Assembly (NCBI GenBank): GCA_964016885.1
Contig: OZ024744.1
Location: 97,030,001-97,094,000, forward strand
DNA length: 64,000 nucleotides
Direction: 5' to 3'
Origin: Eledone cirrhosa
Lineage: Eukaryota
Both the position numbers and the translations under genes were made by a program. Of this stretch, positions 12,716 to 26,908 are shown piece by piece (within the stretch, counting starts at the first letter, position 1; the number at the start of each line of letters is the position of its first letter). The notes under the pieces were generated by a model. That model was not told where the DNA came from, searched no databases, and saw nothing but the letters and a program-made list of their open reading frames with translations.

Positions 12716-15097
12716 ATGGAAAAACACAATATAGGAATGTCCCTAAAAAACATTCCTATACCTACAAATAAGGAATATATGCTCGTATGATACAAAGAAC
12801 TAACGATTTTATCTGCAGAATCAGATGGAAAGCATATCATTACGATAAAGGACATAATAATAGTGATAGAAGTAATGGATCTACCAGGGAAAAATATGGG
12901 TTTAGATCCTGCTAAAATCCACCAAACAACCCACAACTTGATACCTTTGAACTTGATCTCATGAACTTGATAAAAGGAATTAAATTTAAAAAACGAACCC
13001 ATCACAACAAACTGCAAAATAACATCAATGCATTTATAAGAAAATTACGTGCCACCAATGGTATCATTGTAAAGGCAGATACAACATCTAACGTATACAC
13101 CATGAGCCTTAATACATACAACAACTTTATACGCCGGGAATTACATAAAAAAAACAGGAAAACTACAGAGTCTGCACTCATTAGCATTAACATGGAAGGT
13201 CTTAGCATAGTAAATAAACTTAAAATACTCGATAGAACCGAACCTCTAACCCCTTCTGAAACCACTTTTATTCTAAAGGATCATAAATGTAACTTTGAAA
13301 CTAACCCTACTATTAGATTAATATGTCCTTCAAAATCAGATATAGGCAGAATTAGCAAGTTTATACTAATACCACAAATTAAGGAACAACTAATAATCAA
13401 ACTCTGGGATAACACAAATAAAGCAATAGATTGGTTCAATACTTTAGACAATAGAGAATCGTCCGACTTTATACAATTTGACATTAATGACTAATATCTC
13501 CCCTGTCACCCTTAATAAGGCACTATCCTTTGCGCAAAAAAACTCTGATCTTTCATCAGATGAAATTAAAATAATACTAACGGCTAAAAGAACAATCATT
13601 AAATTCGACAATAGCTACTGGGAGCGAAAAAATAGACTGAATAACTTCGATATAACTATGGGATCAAACGACTCAGCCCAAATAACAGACTTGGTTGGAA
13701 CTTATATAGCATATTTCTTACATAGAGAATTTGATAACCTACAAGGCGGAATCTATAGGGATGATTCATTACTTTTAGCTAGAAACTTAAATAGCCAGAA
13801 CTTAGAAAGATTAAGGAAAAAGATTAGAAAATTCCTTAAGGATTTAGGCCTTAGTATTACTTATGAAGCCAACTTTAAAAGAGTCAACTTCTTGGACGTA
13901 TCGTTTAACCTTAACTCAGGACTAATGGAACCCTTCCATAAGAATAATGAAAATTTAGCTTACATTGACTATACCTCAAACCACCCTAGATCCATTATTA
14001 ACTCCATAGCACATAGTATATCCCTTAGAATCTTGCGCCTATCTTCTAACCAGGAAACTTTTAACGAACATGCTAGCTACTACAACTTAGCTTTACTTAA
14101 GGCAGGCCATAAAGAGTGACTCAAATACATACCAGATACAAAGAATAGCAACACACTTAATGTTAATAATACTTTCCACACCCATAGAAACAACAAACGT
14201 AGGACTAAACGCGGAAATTGGCAGCATACACGTAATTTAAATGCTAATATAAAAACCCCTAGTAACCATAGAAGATGTAGAAATAGAAACTACTTATGGT
14301 TCAATCCAATGTTTAACTCCTCTATTAAAACTAAGCTTCCTTTCACTTTCTTTAAATTAGTTGACAAACACTTCCCTAAAATTCATAAATATCATAAAAT
14401 CTTTAATAGAAAAACTATCAAACTATCATACTCCACTGCCAACAACATAGAATCGCACATTCACAAAATTAACTACAAAAGAATTTATAATTCAAGTAGC
14501 CGGCAAATAAGCACCATATCACCAAATACAGAACATATGCATATTACATCATCGCAACCGAACACACGCCAAAGCACACCACCACAATACATCAACAAAC
14601 TTAATTCGCAGCCCATACATAACAATATACAAAATCATATAGTAGAACCGGCGCATAGGAAAGCATCTTTATTTAACTGCCATTTACCTGACAAATGCCC
14701 GTTACAAAACAGATGCCTAGAGAAAAATTTGGTATATCTATGTACTATAAATTCAGGTGGCCTGGCATGGTATTACATTGGTTCCACAGATGGTGATTTT
14801 AAAAAAAGGTGGTATGTGCGCAGACATTCTATGATTAACATGAATCTCTTAAATACAACTACTCTCGCCAACAAAATCTGGCAACTCAAGAATGCAAGCA
14901 TTGAATACGAGATCAGTTGGACAATATTGTCAAAAGCAAAGGCCTATCAAATTGGTATGTCCCACTGCAGGCTCTGTAATATAGAACTTTTCCAAATTCT
15001 TAATTTCAGCAAAGCCCTCCTTAACAGTAGAATTGAACGAACTATTTTTTGTCGGCACAAATCAGCAACGAAATTCGAGAAATTTAGACCTTCTTAA
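12716..15097 (+). pseudogene. PLE RT + C-terminal GIY-YIG polyprotein, frameshifted and with stops
   Basis: MEKHNIGMSLKNIPIP; RT motifs KAD, FIQFDIND, ITMGSNDSAQI, IYRDDSL, NFLDV; EN CPLQNRC..NLVYLC...YYIGST..FKKR; CRLC..E..LLNSR. Confidence 0.9.
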
Positions 15098-15859
15098 TTC
15101 CATCTTTTCTATTCCTTATCCCTTTTATACCACTAGAATCTACTTCGATATCACATTATCAGTAGCATTGTCACCATTATAATTACCACAGAACAATGTC
15201 AGAACCTACTGTATTTAGATTCTCATCTTATACACCTCTATCTTTCATCATTTGTCTTTGCATTTCTCTACTTCATCGCGATCGTTTTATCTTATCATGT
15301 AATGCATCTTAAACTAGTTAATTTACTTATTAAAATATCCAATACACACGTAAATATATCCAATAATATCATATTTTCAACTTATCTACCCATATCTAAC
15401 AATCATCAATAACTATTCACAATAACATTAATAACATTAATATTATTCTTATTAGTCTCTTCAACACATTTATTTATTTATTGTTTCTCATCTCTACTTT
15501 TCAAATATTATACCATTTTATATAACAATAGATGTAACTTACTTACTTACTCATCTACCTATTTATTTATTTATTTACTTTTTTATTTATTTATTTATTA
15601 TTTTAACCTTTTTTTAATTTGTAATTTTATTTTTTTATAGTTTTTTTAGATTTTTTTATTTATTTATTTATTTTTTTATTTTTATTTGTTTCTATGCTTA
15701 CTTCTCTATTTTCACTTGCACTGATTCTTGCATTAACGTATATTCATCTGTCTGCTTCTCTATCGCTTTCTCTATTTCTGCCTTTATTTATCAATAATAA
15801 TCATCCGTTCGCATGTCTTTTCTTTCTTTCATTTGATGAACATGCTTGCGCATGTTTTT

Positions 15860-16850
15860 TCAATGTTTTTTCCTTACTTTTTGTGAGGCTTGGAATGTAG
15901 AAGAAGCTTTATGTAAGCAATTTGAGAATAATTCAATTTTTTGTTAATTAACTTATCGTAATTAGTAATTATTAATAGGGTCTCGATAGTACAAAGATTG
16001 CAGTTAGGTGATATTGAAGAATTTAAGTAGATTTGACCATTACACAGCTTGGACCAAGAAATCGAGTATTTTAAATTTTTTGTCTTTTAACGACCATATA
16101 AGTTGTGATAAAGAGGTCGAAAGTTTCCTATTAGATTCGAAAATCTTAATTTAAATGTCGATAAAGTTGCACCAATATAGTTGTATGTGATGTTATTTGC
16201 TTTTACGGTGCATTTATAGACCAGATTGCTATCCAGACAATTATTTTGCAGAGGGCAATTTGATCTATTTCTACAATTACATTTCGATTTATTATTATTA
16301 CTATAATTTGAACAATTGACGTTAACATTGCTAGTACTTGGAAGTGTTCTATTGATAGTGCTTAAATTAATGTTATTGTTATTCCCAGTATTAATATTGT
16401 TAGTGTTAATATATTCATTATCCCTAATTGTCTGTTGGTTATGATTTAGAATTCTACTATTTATTTTTGCAATGTTCTGGGCCGTATTCATAGTTGTAGA
16501 ATAAGAAAGCTTAATTGTGTGTCTGTTGAATATGGAACGGTATTTATGTTTTTTTGGAAAACATTTATCTAAAGCTTTAAAGAATAGATCTGCCAGTGGT
16601 GTTTTGATTGCTACAGACGCGGGAGGGACAAACCATATAACTGATTTAGTTCTGATTTTTTCCCCCGATTTATTCACGGCATTGGTGTTTGTATTTATAT
16701 TTAAATAATTTTTAGAATCTAGTTTATTTATGTTAGTCTTATTTTTACCAGGATTATAATTCAAATTAGTATTATCTATATATTCAATATTATTTTTATA
16801 ACCTGCCTTACGTAGCGCGTCATTATAGTATCCTGCTTTTTCATCAAATA
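15860..16850 (-). pseudogene. Second Hydra-clade-like PLE (RT thumb + GIY-YIG), 5'-truncated, tail-to-tail with the first
   Basis: VIWFVPP...FFKALDKCFPKKHKYRSIFNRHTIKLSYS...CNCRNRSNCPLQNNC..NLVYKC...YIGAT..FKLR. Confidence 0.85.
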
Positions 16851-17015
16851 TGGATGAAATATGAATAATAAAATATACTTGATCACACGAATGTATATAT
16901 TTGTTAAGATTTTGAATTAATATTAATAACTCCGGAAAACCAATAACTGTTGAGTGCTTCTAATCTATTGTAAAACTCTATTCATTGATTTATTCATTGA
17001 ACCTTGTTTAACCTT

Positions 17016-17057
<42 letters not shown>

Positions 17058-17059
<2 letters not shown>

Positions 17060-17200
17060 AACGAGTAGGACCCCGACGGCTGAGCTCAAGCCGTTTCGAC
17101 GGCTAATTCTGGACTGAATTAGCCGTCGAGAATTAGCAGTCCAGAATTAGCCGTCGAAACGGCTTGAGCTCAGCCGTCGGAGTCCTACTCGTTCCTATTA
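17058..17200. repeat. Fold-back palindrome of a pseudo-LTR-like fragment
   Basis: ggaacgagtaggac.ccgacggctgagctcaagccgtttcgacggctaattctggact and its reverse complement. Confidence 0.8.
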
Positions 17201-17562
17201 CCCATTCTACTAGGGTAGTAGAATGGGTAATAGGAATATTCTTATAATGTATCTATTACCCTATTTCTGTGTACCTGCCAAACAGAAAACCACATCATGT
17301 CTGTCTGTAGTTGACAGATACACAGATACACTTACCCTAACACATATATTTACGCACACTTTTTAACTATACGTATACATTTGTACATACACATATATGT
17401 ACATCTGTGAGCGTATATACATACATATACACACACCTAACTATATTTCTTGAAAGATTTTTATATATTTCATATGGCTATTGTAATTCATTTGTCTATA
17501 TTTATATAATTTTTTTGCTTTTCTTGATGAGACTTTCCAAGTATTTAGTCATTTTTTTATTG

Positions 17563-17632
17563 CCTCGTCTGACGAACGACTGAAGACGTTTCTTTCGTAT
17601 TCACCTCATTCGGGAAACCTCTGGTAATGAGG
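17563..17632 (+). ncRNA. Hammerhead with extended stem II (family F)
   Basis: Stem I cctcgt/atgagg; CTGACGA; cga...tcg; GAAACC tct GGT A. Confidence 0.7.
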
Positions 17633-17658
17633 TAATTATATTGTATTGATTTTTATAC

Positions 17659-17718
<60 letters not shown>

Positions 17719-17799
17719 AAAAAGTATGACCCCGACGGCAGAGCTCAAGCCGTTTCGACGGCTATTTCTGGATACAATATATACATACATACATACATA

Positions 17800-20700
17800 C
17801 CGTTTTAGAGGATCTTTAGACAAAATGAACCTTAGGATTGAAGTAGTAGAAAAACCAGTGGATCAGTAAGACATATGCCTTTGGGAAAACTCCTTGCACT
17901 GATAGAAACCGTATAGTCTGTAAGATAAGGCCACAGGTAAACTGTAAGACTAAAAATGTAGTCTATAAGATTCGATGTATAGAGGGACAATGCAAAAACA
18001 AGACAACAACATTCAAAAGAGACACCGCTCGTGGATAGGAGAGAGATCGAACAATAAACCCATATTGATGATGTCGAGAACTGCTCTGAGCTTGGTGTCA
18101 ATGGATACAAGCTCATTGCTGCAGTACCCCATTCGAACAACGGTGTTGCCACTTACATCAGGCATGCTATTACAGAATTTCCTGATCTTGAGGAATCTTG
18201 ATATATTTATCATTTCTGTGAGAATCAGGCATCTCAACGTTACTAACCCTTTCAAGACACCGAGAAGTACTTGGCTCTCTCTCCTGCTCTGAAAGTCCAC
18301 TCCCATGTGGAGCTGGATGATGGTGACTTCAACAACCATCACTCTTCATGGTGCTATGCCACAGACAATGAGGCTGGGGAACAGTTGAAGACATGGGCGT
18401 CACCCTGTTATCGATATCTTCTCCATGATGCCAAACAACATGGCATGTTCTATTCTTGTCGCTGGAAGGATTACAACCCAGACCTTTGCTACTTCTCCAA
18501 ATCAATCAATAGACGTCCTATTCAGGCTTCTCGCAAGAAACTCCCTCACCCCCACCCCCGAGCCAACATATACCAGCTGTTATACAAATCGGCATAGAGA
18601 TTCCTGTTATACAATCCAAGCCACTACAATGGTGGAACTTCAGGAAGGCTGAATGGGAATCCTTGAGCTCAGAGGTAGAGGAACAAGTCATCAATTTGGA
18701 ACCTATTCCCAAGAATTATACTTCATTTTGTAAGATTCTGAAGGATGTTACCAAGAAACACATCACGCGAGGCTTCTGTCAATTTTACATCCCATGATGG
18801 TTCCCAGATTTTGAAGAGCTTTTCAAGACCTATGAGACCTCAGATAATACAGTCATTGCGACAGAACTCTTAGACTCTCTTGACTCAGTTAGAATGACAA
18901 GCTGGCAAGAAACAGTGGAAGAGTTGGATTTCACTCTTTCTAATAGGAAAGCATGGACTCTCTTTAGTGTTTATAATGCAGTTGCATCCCGCCTACTTCT
19001 CAACTCCAAGGTACTTTCAACCAAGGAGGGACGCCAAGAAGTCTATAAGAATCTCTCAGCAGCCTACTCATCCTCACGAAGAGTACCCCACTTGCTAGAC
19101 CTTACACCATAAGTGAGATAGATACTGGTCTTTCATCCACCAAAGCAGGAATCGACGACATCTATCCTGAATTCCTTAAGAACCTTGGTCCAAATGCCTG
19201 AGACAGGGTGGCTTCTCTCTTTAAAGTCATCCACTCAAATGGAGTTATCCCGTAGATCTGGAGAGAAGCCAAGGTCATCGCCAACCTGAAATCCAGGAAA
19301 CCTACCGACGATCCTGCAAAATACCATCCAATCTCTGTCCCCTGTACCTCTTACAAGCTATTTGAACGGTTCCTCTTGGTTAGGCTTGGCACTTTAGTAA
19401 AAACAAACCTGCCTAAGGAGCAAGCAGGCTTCAGAGCACAAAGGAGTTGCACTGATCAAGTCCTCGTCATCAGTACTTCATCGAGGCTGGCTACCAACGA
19501 GGTCTCAAGACAGGATCTGCTCTTGTCAACCTCTCTTCTGCATACGATACGCGGCCTCCTGAAGTCATGTTGTACAATCAAGTGCCAGGCAACTATGAAC
19601 ATCCTTGCCTCTATACTCAGTAGCAGAAGATTCAGAGTGTCACTAGGAGGTCAAACAAGTTCCTCCAGAACTCTAAATGATGCCATTCTCCAAGGTTCCG
19701 TCCTGGTACCAATGCTCTTTAACATCTACGTGAGTAATATACCCAGGACAACTTCGAGGAAATTTTCATATGCAGATGGCCTTTCCTTGGCTATCCAATC
19801 TACTGCCTTTGGCAAACTCGATCCTACACTCACAGAAGACCGGAAGAAGATGGAGAACTACTGCTCCTACTGGAGCCTTCAGCCCAACCTAAGCAAGACC
19901 TCTGCGACAGCCTTCCATCTCAGCACCAGATAAGCTAGCAAGGAGCTCAAGGTATCCTTCTGCGGTTGACCTGTCAAGAATGAACCACACCCCAAATATT
20001 TTGGTGTAACATTGTACCACAACTTGACCTACCGAGAGCACCTAAAGAGGGTTGCTAGAAAGCTCAAGATCAGGATTAATATCATCTACAATTTGGCAGG
20101 AAACAGCTGGGGGTCTGATGTACATCCTCTCCAAACTGCCTGCTTATCACTTGCATACTCAGTTGCAGAGTACTGTTCACCTGTCTGGACACGGAGCTGC
20201 CATGCCAAACAAGTTGTGACCACCCTCAGCCCGGCTATAAAAATAGTACACTGAAATCTACACCTACTCAGTGGATGTTTACCATTTCTCATATAGCTCC
20301 GTCTCACATGCGGAGTTAGTAGATGATCCGCGAGGCAGCACTCCTCACCAAGTTGAACCCCGACCTTTTCATCCATGAAGACTTGGAAAACCTTCCCAGC
20401 CTACGCTTGAAACCACGCAAACCATTCTGGGAATAATCGAAGACTATTCAGGACAATAACTTTCATCTGAAGCAGGAGTGGCGAAGATATGGAATGAGTC
20501 TAAATATTCCAACCAGAACCTCGTCCAGGACCCCAAATCTAAACCAGCCGTCTTTGACCTTCTCGGAAAGCAATGGATGTCGCTTAATTGGATCCGGACA
20601 ACATATACCAGGCAGCCCATCATGTGACTGTGGGGACCCTGACTAGAATGTACTGCACGTTGTTTAGGATTGCCTCCTCAGACGTTTTCCTGGCGGCCTT

Positions 20701-20803
20701 GTGGCTATCTATAATGCTGCAAATGATACCTTGGTCTGGCTCACCTGTCTCGTCCTGCCTCTCTAACTATTAAGCATATGTCATTCGACGAGAATAATAA
20801 TAT
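17800..20803 (+). mobile_element. Decayed Vingi/Ingi-like LINE (APE endonuclease + RT) with (AAT)n tail
   Basis: GDFNNHHSSW, RWKDYNPDL, PKEQAGFR..RSCTDQV, QGSVLVPMLFNIY, FSYADG, LAGNSWG...LAYSVAEYCSPVW; multiple frameshifts. Confidence 0.85.
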
Positions 20804-20804
20804 A

Positions 20805-21470
20805 GGTTAAAGGAACACTGGCGAGAACTTAAGGATGGAAAAGCTCATCAGTGCTATACCAACATGCCAAACTAGAACACGGGGGCTCAATAAATAATAT
20901 AGAAATAAAGATCCTATCCTAAAACTGACGTAACACTCAGACAAATTACAGAAGCCACACACATAATAGAAGATAAACCTAGCCTGAACAGAAAACCGGA
21001 GTGGAGTAGTAACAGCCCACAAATTAATGACTGAAGACAGAATAGAAAAATAAAAGACACACACAGTAAAACAGACAAGCGATACAAACCCATACACGCA
21101 AATAGAACACACATAAACATGATAAACACAAAAACACATACACGCACACAGAGATAGGCTGGCGCAAATGCATGCGCAGACACGAAACCCGAAAAACGCA
21201 CCACAAAATAAAGATAAGATGGAGTAGAAGTTTAAGGCCAGGAAAAAGAGGTGGCACAAAAAGATAGTCATTGAGGAGGTCACAGAATATGTGACGAAAG
21301 AAATTTGACAAACGAATGAATAACGATCAATAAAGATAAAGTGGAAATCATATGGTGCATGCGTTTCTTTTTGTTGGCAATACAGCAGCATGGCCATCCC
21401 GAAGTATAACAATATCGGTTTCAACACACGATTTCACATCAAAAATCTTACAGACCAAATACACCCACAC
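20805..21470 (+). mobile_element. PLE 3' UTR/pseudo-LTR related to the 50.6-51.8 kb element
   Basis: Shares aagtataacaatatcggtttcaacacacgatttca with 51722-51756; carries a family G HHR. Confidence 0.6.
21267..21309 (+). ncRNA. Degenerate hammerhead (family G)
   Basis: gtca TTGAGGA g gtcaca gaata tgtgac GAAAG aa att tgac. Confidence 0.5.
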
Positions 21471-21488
21471 ACACATATATATATATGA

Positions 21489-21567
<79 letters not shown>

Positions 21568-21758
21568 CATGCACACATATATATATGTACGTATGTGTTC
21601 ACCGAACATTTATTATAATGCTCGGTGTGTTTGTAAACAAACATCCCGAATTAAGCCGTAGTGTCTAGCAACCATCGTTGCTCATTTGTTCAACACTGAC
21701 AAAGGAACGCTGTACTAGTTTCAAGCATATACTTTCAACCATCTCGCAGGAAGGTATA

Positions 21759-21799
21759 CGTTGCTGACGATACCTAATAAGCTTGAAACTAGTACAGCG
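21759..21799 (+). ncRNA. Hammerhead ribozyme (family H)
   Basis: cgttg CTGACGA t acct aata agct t GAAAC ta GT A cagcg. Confidence 0.7.
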
Positions 21800-21947
21800 T
21801 TCCTTTGTCAGTGTTGAACAAATGAGCAACGATGGTTGCTAGACACTGTACGACTTAATTCGGGATGTTTGTTTACAAACACACTGAGCATTATAATAAA
21901 TGTTCGGTGAATCCATACGTACATATATATATGTGTGCATGTATATA

Positions 21948-22083
<136 letters not shown>

Positions 22084-22311
22084 TACTACTGTGCGTCTGT
22101 ATACATATATGTATGTACGTATACATACTTATATTTAAGTAACAGCCGTACTAAGAGTGAGAAATGAAATTTCGTTTCATTTTTTCCGTTTATCGTTTTC
22201 GGTACCCCGGCCGATTAACTCACTCGATATGCAAATTAGGCTGCTCAGCCGTTAATATGCATAAGGAAAGTATATACTTTCAGACGTTCAACCATCTGGC
22301 AGGAAGGTATA

Positions 22312-22352
22312 CGTTGCTGACGATACCTAATAAGCTTGAAATTAGTACAGCG
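22312..22352 (+). ncRNA. Hammerhead ribozyme (family H)
   Basis: As 21759-21799, with GAAAT. Confidence 0.65.
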
Positions 22353-22572
22353 TTCCTTTGTCAGTGTTGAACAAACGAGCAACGGTGGTTGCTAGACACT
22401 GTACGGCTTAATTCGGGATGTTTGTTTACAAACACACCGAGCATTATAATAAATGTTCGGTGAATCGATACGTACATATATATATATATGTGCATGTATG
22501 TATATATATATATATATACATACATGCATATATATATATATATACATACATACATACATACATACATACATA

Positions 22573-22660
<88 letters not shown>

Positions 22661-23684
22661 GGTGTTCAGACCTGCAGAGAGGATGGACTCTGCCAGCTTT
22701 TAAAAAATGGCCATAACATGCTGTATGTTACCACGGCTCTCCATGGACTCCATCAGGGGTTACGAGTCCATACATACACTGCAGTATCTGTGTTGATGAT
22801 GAAGGTATTGTTTCATTCTTGGGAACTTAATTCTCTCTCTTTGCCGAAGTGGTTCCACTCTACAATTTTGAACTGACAGAAAGCATTTTTTTTTTGTAGT
22901 TCTTTTCATCGTGATTGTGGTGTACAGATGGTGCTCGGGTGGTCAGGATGAGATTTTGTGTGTGAGAGATGGGGTTTTTTTTACTGTTCACTTACTCTTC
23001 TTTAGTTCCAAGTTGGTTCTGACGTACAAAAGTACTCACAATTTACCAAGCATTACATTATTTAATGCGTCCTTTGATTTTTAAGTCGAGCGTAATTTGT
23101 GCATTTATGGAATCTTGGGTTACTATTTCCAGATGTCGCGTCTTTTACTCGTTTTTTCGTTGTTGTTTAAGCCTCAGGTCAATATTGAACGAGCAAAACT
23201 ATGATCAAAGATATTCCAACTATGACCATCTCGATTTTTTAAGGATATTTAAAACTTCATTATCCAATGTGTCCTTCCTCAAGGAGTTAAAATGTGAATT
23301 GAAGTAAAACTCGCTGTTATTTACAACAGGTTATGGGAATGTAAACAATCTACTTAGATTATTGTATTATTCTGATGTTTTGACAGATTTATATGTTGGT
23401 GTTGTTGTTGCTGATGTTTTTGTTGCTGCTGTTGTTTTTGTTGCTGATTTTGTTGATGTGGTTGTTTTTAAGGCGACAGTTGTTGTTGTTGTTGTTGTTG
23501 CTGCTGCTGCTGCTGTTGTTCTTACGGCAGTAATTGTTGCCGTTTTTGTGGTTACTGTGGTTGTTGAAACTCAGATCCGCGTTCCGATCGAGCTGTCAAA
23601 ACGGTCGGAGCTCCGCTGTCGGGGTCCTGAATCTGTTCATATATATATATATATAGTTATGTAATAAACAACATAAGGCAATTA

Positions 23685-23743
23685 TTCCATTTACCAGTGG
23701 TTTCTTAAAAGCAAAAGATTTTGCTTTCAATCCTCAGAGTGAA
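23685..23743 (-). ncRNA. Hammerhead ribozyme (family I, GUA triplet)
   Basis: Minus strand: ttcact CTGAGGA ttgaaagcaaaa tc ttttgcttttaa GAAACC act GGT A aatggaa. Confidence 0.75.
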
Positions 23744-23888
23744 AAAATCCTGGTCTATTTATTGAATTTGGATTTTAAAAACAAAAATGCAATCTATATG
23801 AAAGTGAGGCTGGAGAAGGAAGAAGGAAAGGAAAAATAAAATAAAACTACACATGCAAACACACACACAAAAACACAAAAGCATACAT

Positions 23889-24009
<121 letters not shown>

Positions 24010-25152
24010 TACATATATATACATACATATACATACATATATATATACACATACATACACTCATACATACACACACGCACACATATATACACACATATAT
24101 GTGTATATAAATACACACAAACACATATATACATACGCACATAAATATCAACACATCCATACATACAAATACATATATACAACCACACACACATATATAC
24201 ACACATACATACACATAAAAACATAAATATAAATACATATACATACACACATATACATACACATATATATATATATATATACACATATACATATATATAT
24301 ATATGTGTACAAGCATACACATACACAAACATAGCCATACACACATACATAAACATACATACATACATGCACACAATCATACATATATACACACGTACAT
24401 ACATACACATACATAAATGCACTCCTCTACATATTCACACACGCAAATAAATATAAGAAAATATATATATATATATATATATAAAAATTATTTGACAGCG
24501 ATACAGAAGCCAGCTAACTGGACAGACACGCGTGGTAAGTAATACACACAAATGCACGTATACATACGTACGAAATAGTAAATACATACACACACTCTCA
24601 CACATAAATATACATATACAAATACATAAACACATACGTACACATACATGCACAAACACGCACACGTATACAATTATACAGACATATATGTATATGTAAT
24701 TATACACACACACATATATATATATATATACATACACAGATACATATACATACATAGCTATACAATTATACACATACAAATACGTACATATCATAAACAC
24801 GCACAACCAAATACAAACACACACACACACACATACATACATACATATATATATATAAACGTTTGAATATGTGTAATAAGGCCAAAGCAATGCAGGTATG
24901 GACATAGAAAAAATGCAATAGTGAAAGATATTGATGAGAATTCGTCTTTCACCTTGAATTTATTTAAATGTCCTTAATTCTCGAAAATTAAGGACATTTA
25001 AATAAATTCAAGATGAAAGACGAATTCACATCAATATCTTTCACTATTGCATTCTTTTTTCTATGTCCATACCTGCATTGCTTTGGCCTTATTACACATA
25101 TTCAAACGTTTATACCTCATTACACAATGCTTCAAGTGAACTATAACCTTCC

Positions 25153-25215
<63 letters not shown>

Positions 25216-25330
25216 TACACATATACATGTGTGTGTGTGTAAAACTCAGTCTTAGATAATTCATATGAACCTTACATATACATATATATAGTAGTAAAGT
25301 AATAAAGTAATAAGCAACATAAGGCAATTA

Positions 25331-25389
25331 TTCCATTCACCAATGGTTTCTTAAAAGCAAAAAATTTTTCCTTCAATCTTCAGAATGAA
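25331..25389 (-). ncRNA. Hammerhead-like motif (family I, GUG triplet)
   Basis: Minus strand: ttcatt CTGAAGA ttgaagg...gcttttaa GAAACC att GGT G aatggaa. Confidence 0.6.
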
Positions 25390-26458
25390 AAAAACCTGGT
25401 CTATCTACATATACATACATATACACACACAAATATATATATATACATATATATATACACACATATATACATACATATATATATACATATACACACAAAT
25501 ATACATACACATAGGTATGTGAAGGGCAAGGCAAAAAGAATATATGGGGGGGGGGTACATAGGAAAAGGTGAAATATAAGGGGAGGTAAGGGAGAAAAAA
25601 ATAAATATACAAGAGTACAGAACGTAGATTCAGCCAAAAAATAAAAAAATGTGGGTAATATTAAATATTATCCAATTACAAGTATGAGAATAGCTCAATG
25701 TAAAACAACGAATATAATACAGAGCTGAAATACTTTATAAATAACAATCAAAGAGTGTTTAAGAACATTTAATTACTAACGATCGTTTCATCCAATCACA
25801 AGGCGGAGCATAAATCTAAAGTTTTAAAATTGTTAAACTCTATGTTAAGATGGAGTTGTGTATAATTAATATATGACTTTCTCCATCCTATTCGTTTATG
25901 TGATAACTTTTTCTGATGATAGCAACTACTATACATTGGATCTAAACTTGCTGGTCATTTTCTCAATATTAATCATTTCGATTAGTTTGATTAATTATTA
26001 ATAATAACAACACTTTAACATTTTAACGCTTTACATTTGAAGTATAATAGATTATCTATATACTTAAGACTGAAAGATGTAGTAGAACTTTTTATTATAA
26101 ATATATTAAAAATATATTTTGAAGATGTATTTTTACATTCTTAAATTTATATTTGATCCATTCACTAGTTTTTATAGACTTTTGTAATGCATATGTTATA
26201 TGTTAATGTATTATGATGATATATGCCTTGCATTATCCTTAACTTGCTTATAGCAGTATTTTTCTCTATACCAGCATGTTCTTTTTTTGTTTTTTAATGC
26301 TTGTAGCTGCTCTTATTTATATAATCATATTTTTTCATATGCTTCTTGCTTTCCTCTCTTATATGCATGTTAATATTTATTATTCATGCTTTCTTCCCAT
26401 ATGTGGTATCCCCGGAATGTTGTTTGACTTGTTTATCTATGTTTTAACGTTTGATTTA

Positions 26459-26505
26459 TACTCCGATGAATCCGGCCTTGTGCTTGGATGAAACAATGGT
26501 TAGTA
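26459..26505 (+). ncRNA. Degenerate hammerhead (family J); inverted partial copy at ~25735-25805
   Basis: tact CCGATGA atcc...ggat GAAAC aatg GTT agta. Confidence 0.55.
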
Positions 26506-26545
26506 ATTAAATGTTCTTAAACACTCTTTGATTGTTATTTATAAA

Positions 26546-26598
<53 letters not shown>

Positions 26599-26701
26599 CA
26601 CACACACAAAATGGTTGACTAAACACTCGCGTTTTCATCTAGTGAAAGACATTACTTTCCTGTTTCTCACATGTCATTCTATGTCTTCTATCTGTCACTC
26701 T

Positions 26702-26739
26702 ATCTTGTGATGAAGGACTAACGTCCGAAACGTTATGAT
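26702..26739 (+). ncRNA. Degenerate minimal hammerhead (family K)
   Basis: atctt GTGATGA a ggac taac gtcc GAAAC GTT atgat; C3 mutated. Confidence 0.55.
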
Positions 26740-26854
26740 TGGTTATCAACTATTCCCAGCGTTAAACTAATATATATAATCATATACTGTATTGTTTTCC
26801 TGTGTTTATTCCTCTTTTCTTGTACACACACACACACACTCATGCGCACACACG

Positions 26855-26908
<54 letters not shown>

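Larger units (their letters stand above)
11385..15858 (+). mobile_element. Near full-length Penelope-like element (Hydra-clade-like) with an inverted upstream copy of its 3' UTR/pseudo-LTR
   Basis: 11940-12410 is the inverse of 15420-15858; 12413-12500 is the inverse of 11385-11466; RT and GIY-YIG in between. Confidence 0.85.

Noticed and set aside
14117-14119. In-frame TGA in the large PLE ORF as selenocysteine
   Set aside because: Non-conserved, non-Cys position; element also has frameshifts, consistent with decay
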